A DNA stretch of 64,000 nt, taken from the NCBI GenBank assembly GCA_964304625.1, contig OZ199839.1, positions 7,711,166 through 7,775,165 on the forward strand, in the 5' to 3' direction. Made by a program: the position numbers and the translations under genes. Below the pieces are notes generated by a model. The model ran no database searches, was not told where the DNA came from, and saw nothing but the letters and a program-made list of their open reading frames with translations. The DNA is from Kudoa neothunni. Its lineage: Eukaryota > Animalia > Cnidaria. Positions 61,640 to 64,000 of the stretch are shown here, piece after piece; within the stretch, counting starts at the first letter, position 1, and each line of letters starts with the position of its first letter.

Positions 61640-64000
61640 TTAACTACCACTCTGATTCAAATTAAGATATAACTAATTCAAATAATACAACAATTAATAA
61701 TGATAATGCCATATTAATAAGAATCTAATAATATTGATATACAATCACATTTATATCAATCAGCAATTCCTTATTCTAATTTTAACATTTCAGCATCAAA
61801 TGTTAATGACGCCGTAGTTAAAGCTAAAGCGGACACAAGGCTCAAGGACAGACGGTATTCATATGAAGTTTTGGAAGAAACTTCCTGGTATGAGTACTCG
61901 TTCTGGCCCCACTTTTCAATATCTATTGTTAAGAGCGAGTCAGCAACCAACTACTTGGTTAGAATCGCGTCTTATTCTTCTTGCCCAAAAATTAATGATC
62001 CCAATCCGAACGACACAAAACGACTATAGGCCTATTTCAATTACAAAAACCATATATAGGATTTTTATGTCTGTAATTAATACTAAAATTAGATCATTGA
62101 TTAACTTTTCACCAAGTCAAAAAGGTTTTATGCCTGGCAAAGGATGTGTTGAACATTCTTATGTCGCGCAAGAAAATTCTTGATGATTATCGACGTGGAT
62201 CGAAACGACTTAGCGCTTGTTGGGTTGACCTTCGAAAAGCGTTCGACACGGTACCCCCCCCCCCCCCATTGGATCATTTTGCATTTTTTAACAGTAAGTG
62301 AGGTCCCTAATTCAATTGTCAATTTAATCAAACATTTATACACTAATTCCTACTCTAAAATTAAAGACCATTTAGGATAAACCAGTAACATTCTAACGAA
62401 CGGTAGAGGAGTGAAACAAGGTTTCCCTTTATCCCCTCTCCTTTTTAATTTAGTCATAGACCCTTTTCTCTGCTTAATTGACCAATCCAAACTAGGCTTT
62501 AATCTTAGAGGAAATAACATTGGAGCTCTGTGTTATGCAGACGACATTGTTATTACCTCTAATAATACCAAAAACTGTCAAAAAATCCTTAACATCTACA
62601 CACCATCCTAGATCTATGCGATATGCAAGCTAATGTTAAAAAATGCGCTTCTCTCCAAGTCTCTTACAGATCTGGTAGACGTATTATTAACGACCCTAAT
62701 ATCCATATCAATTTAACTTTAAATAACGAACCAATCCCACCCCTGGAAGAAAAAATACGTACTTAGGTACGAATAAACATTTGTCATCTCATAAAGATAC
62801 AATCCTACAATTTATTCAATCTAAATCTAAATTGACCAAAATTTCAAATAATTTTCTATTCCCCTATATTATATGAATGTGGAAATTTTAAGAACATCTA
62901 TTTCCTATTTTAGATTACACTTTAAGATTCAATTGCATAAGAATTGAAGATTTCAAATCTTTAGACTCTTTCGAACTTAAAAATGGTCGCGAATGATTCA
63001 GTCTACTCAACTCCTCATCCACATCCTTTTTCTGCGCACCAATTAAACTTGGTGGTCTAGATTTAAGAAATATCAGCGATAATTTTCGCGCATTAAGATT
63101 AGCTTCTGCTCTAACTGTTCTCAATAGTAATGATGGGAGAGTTGAGAAAATCGCGCAAACTGCTTTAAAAACCATCATAGCTAAAAGATGCCCTCACACT
63201 AATGCGTCTCAAATAACGCCACTACAAACTTTAAACGGTGATTCAGATATTAACAACACCGAAGACATTTGAAACCCTTTGTTCTCTACGGGACTAAATC
63301 GAAAAATTCTTAATCTAGAATTAATGAGCGCCAATGACAATTTTATCATTGGCCTTAATCCATCCACATTATTACGACCTTCGAGCGTTTTTAGAAATCA
63401 GTTATCAGTTCTTACGCGCATAAAGCGACTCCGATGGCATAATAAACGCAAGTTTTTTGATAAATGGCGCCACCAAGTAGATCAGGATAAGACGGTTAAC
63501 TGCATCAGTAGACATGGCATCCAATAATTGGATACAAAACGGTCATATTAGTGACTACAGCCCACTTTGCACTCCATTGCAGGATGAATTTACTCCCTAC
63601 TAAAGCTGTACTTTAAAAAGTGAAAAAGGCCCCAGGCTCTAAATGTCGTCATTTCAGTTGCGAAAATAAAACTCTCGGGCACATTTTTAACTCTTGCAAA
63701 CATATTACCAATTTAATCATGAAACGCCACAATGTCTTAAATTCTCTATCGACTAAAATTAAGCTTCCCAAAAACTGGATCGTGTTTATGGACACCAATT
63801 TTAATGAAAATTCTAAACGCCAACCTGACCTAATTATTCTCAACAGGAAGAAGCATGAAACAATCATACTGGATGTCACAGTAGCTTTTGAAACCGACTC
63901 GGCGAGACTAACTAGCGTTAGAGACGGTAAAATTGCTAAATATCACCAGAACAGCGCCATTCAGAGAGATAAGGTTTTCTGGTATTCCCCTTAGCTTTAG
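61640..64000 (+). mobile_element. Family A copy A'' (RT to RLE, frameshifted, runs off the window)
   Basis: Aligns to ~21535-23860. ORFs include MKFWKKLPGM, GALCYADD and RQPDLII..ILDVTVAFE. Confidence 0.9.

Overview
This is very AT-rich eukaryotic DNA made almost entirely of transposable elements. Short GT-AG introns in one transposase confirm a eukaryote; the host cannot be named. The only clear host genes are a miniature SURF6/Rrp14-like ORF and an intact tRNA-Asn(GTT) gene (18545-18617). The main system is a head-to-tail array of RLE-type non-LTR retrotransposons (RT, CCHC knuckle, PD-(D/E)xK endonuclease) anchored on that tRNA gene. Two diverged families (here A and B; intact ORFs 18714-24041 and 24402-31118) join at the same point in the anticodon loop (nt 37/38). 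Every element whose 5' end survives starts with the tRNA 3' half, so the upstream tRNA stays intact and can be targeted again. Four more co-oriented, decayed copies extend the array to the window end, interrupted by nested Gypsy, Copia, MULE, Merlin, Tc1 and Helitron pieces and a PrimPol/D5-helicase pseudogene. A second surprise is two FLYWCH-MULE DNA transposons, each flanked by an ~80-bp direct duplication of the target instead of the usual 9-11 bp. Positions 1-17.5 kb hold decayed piggyBac, MULE and hAT elements. All alignments were made by eye; no searches were run.
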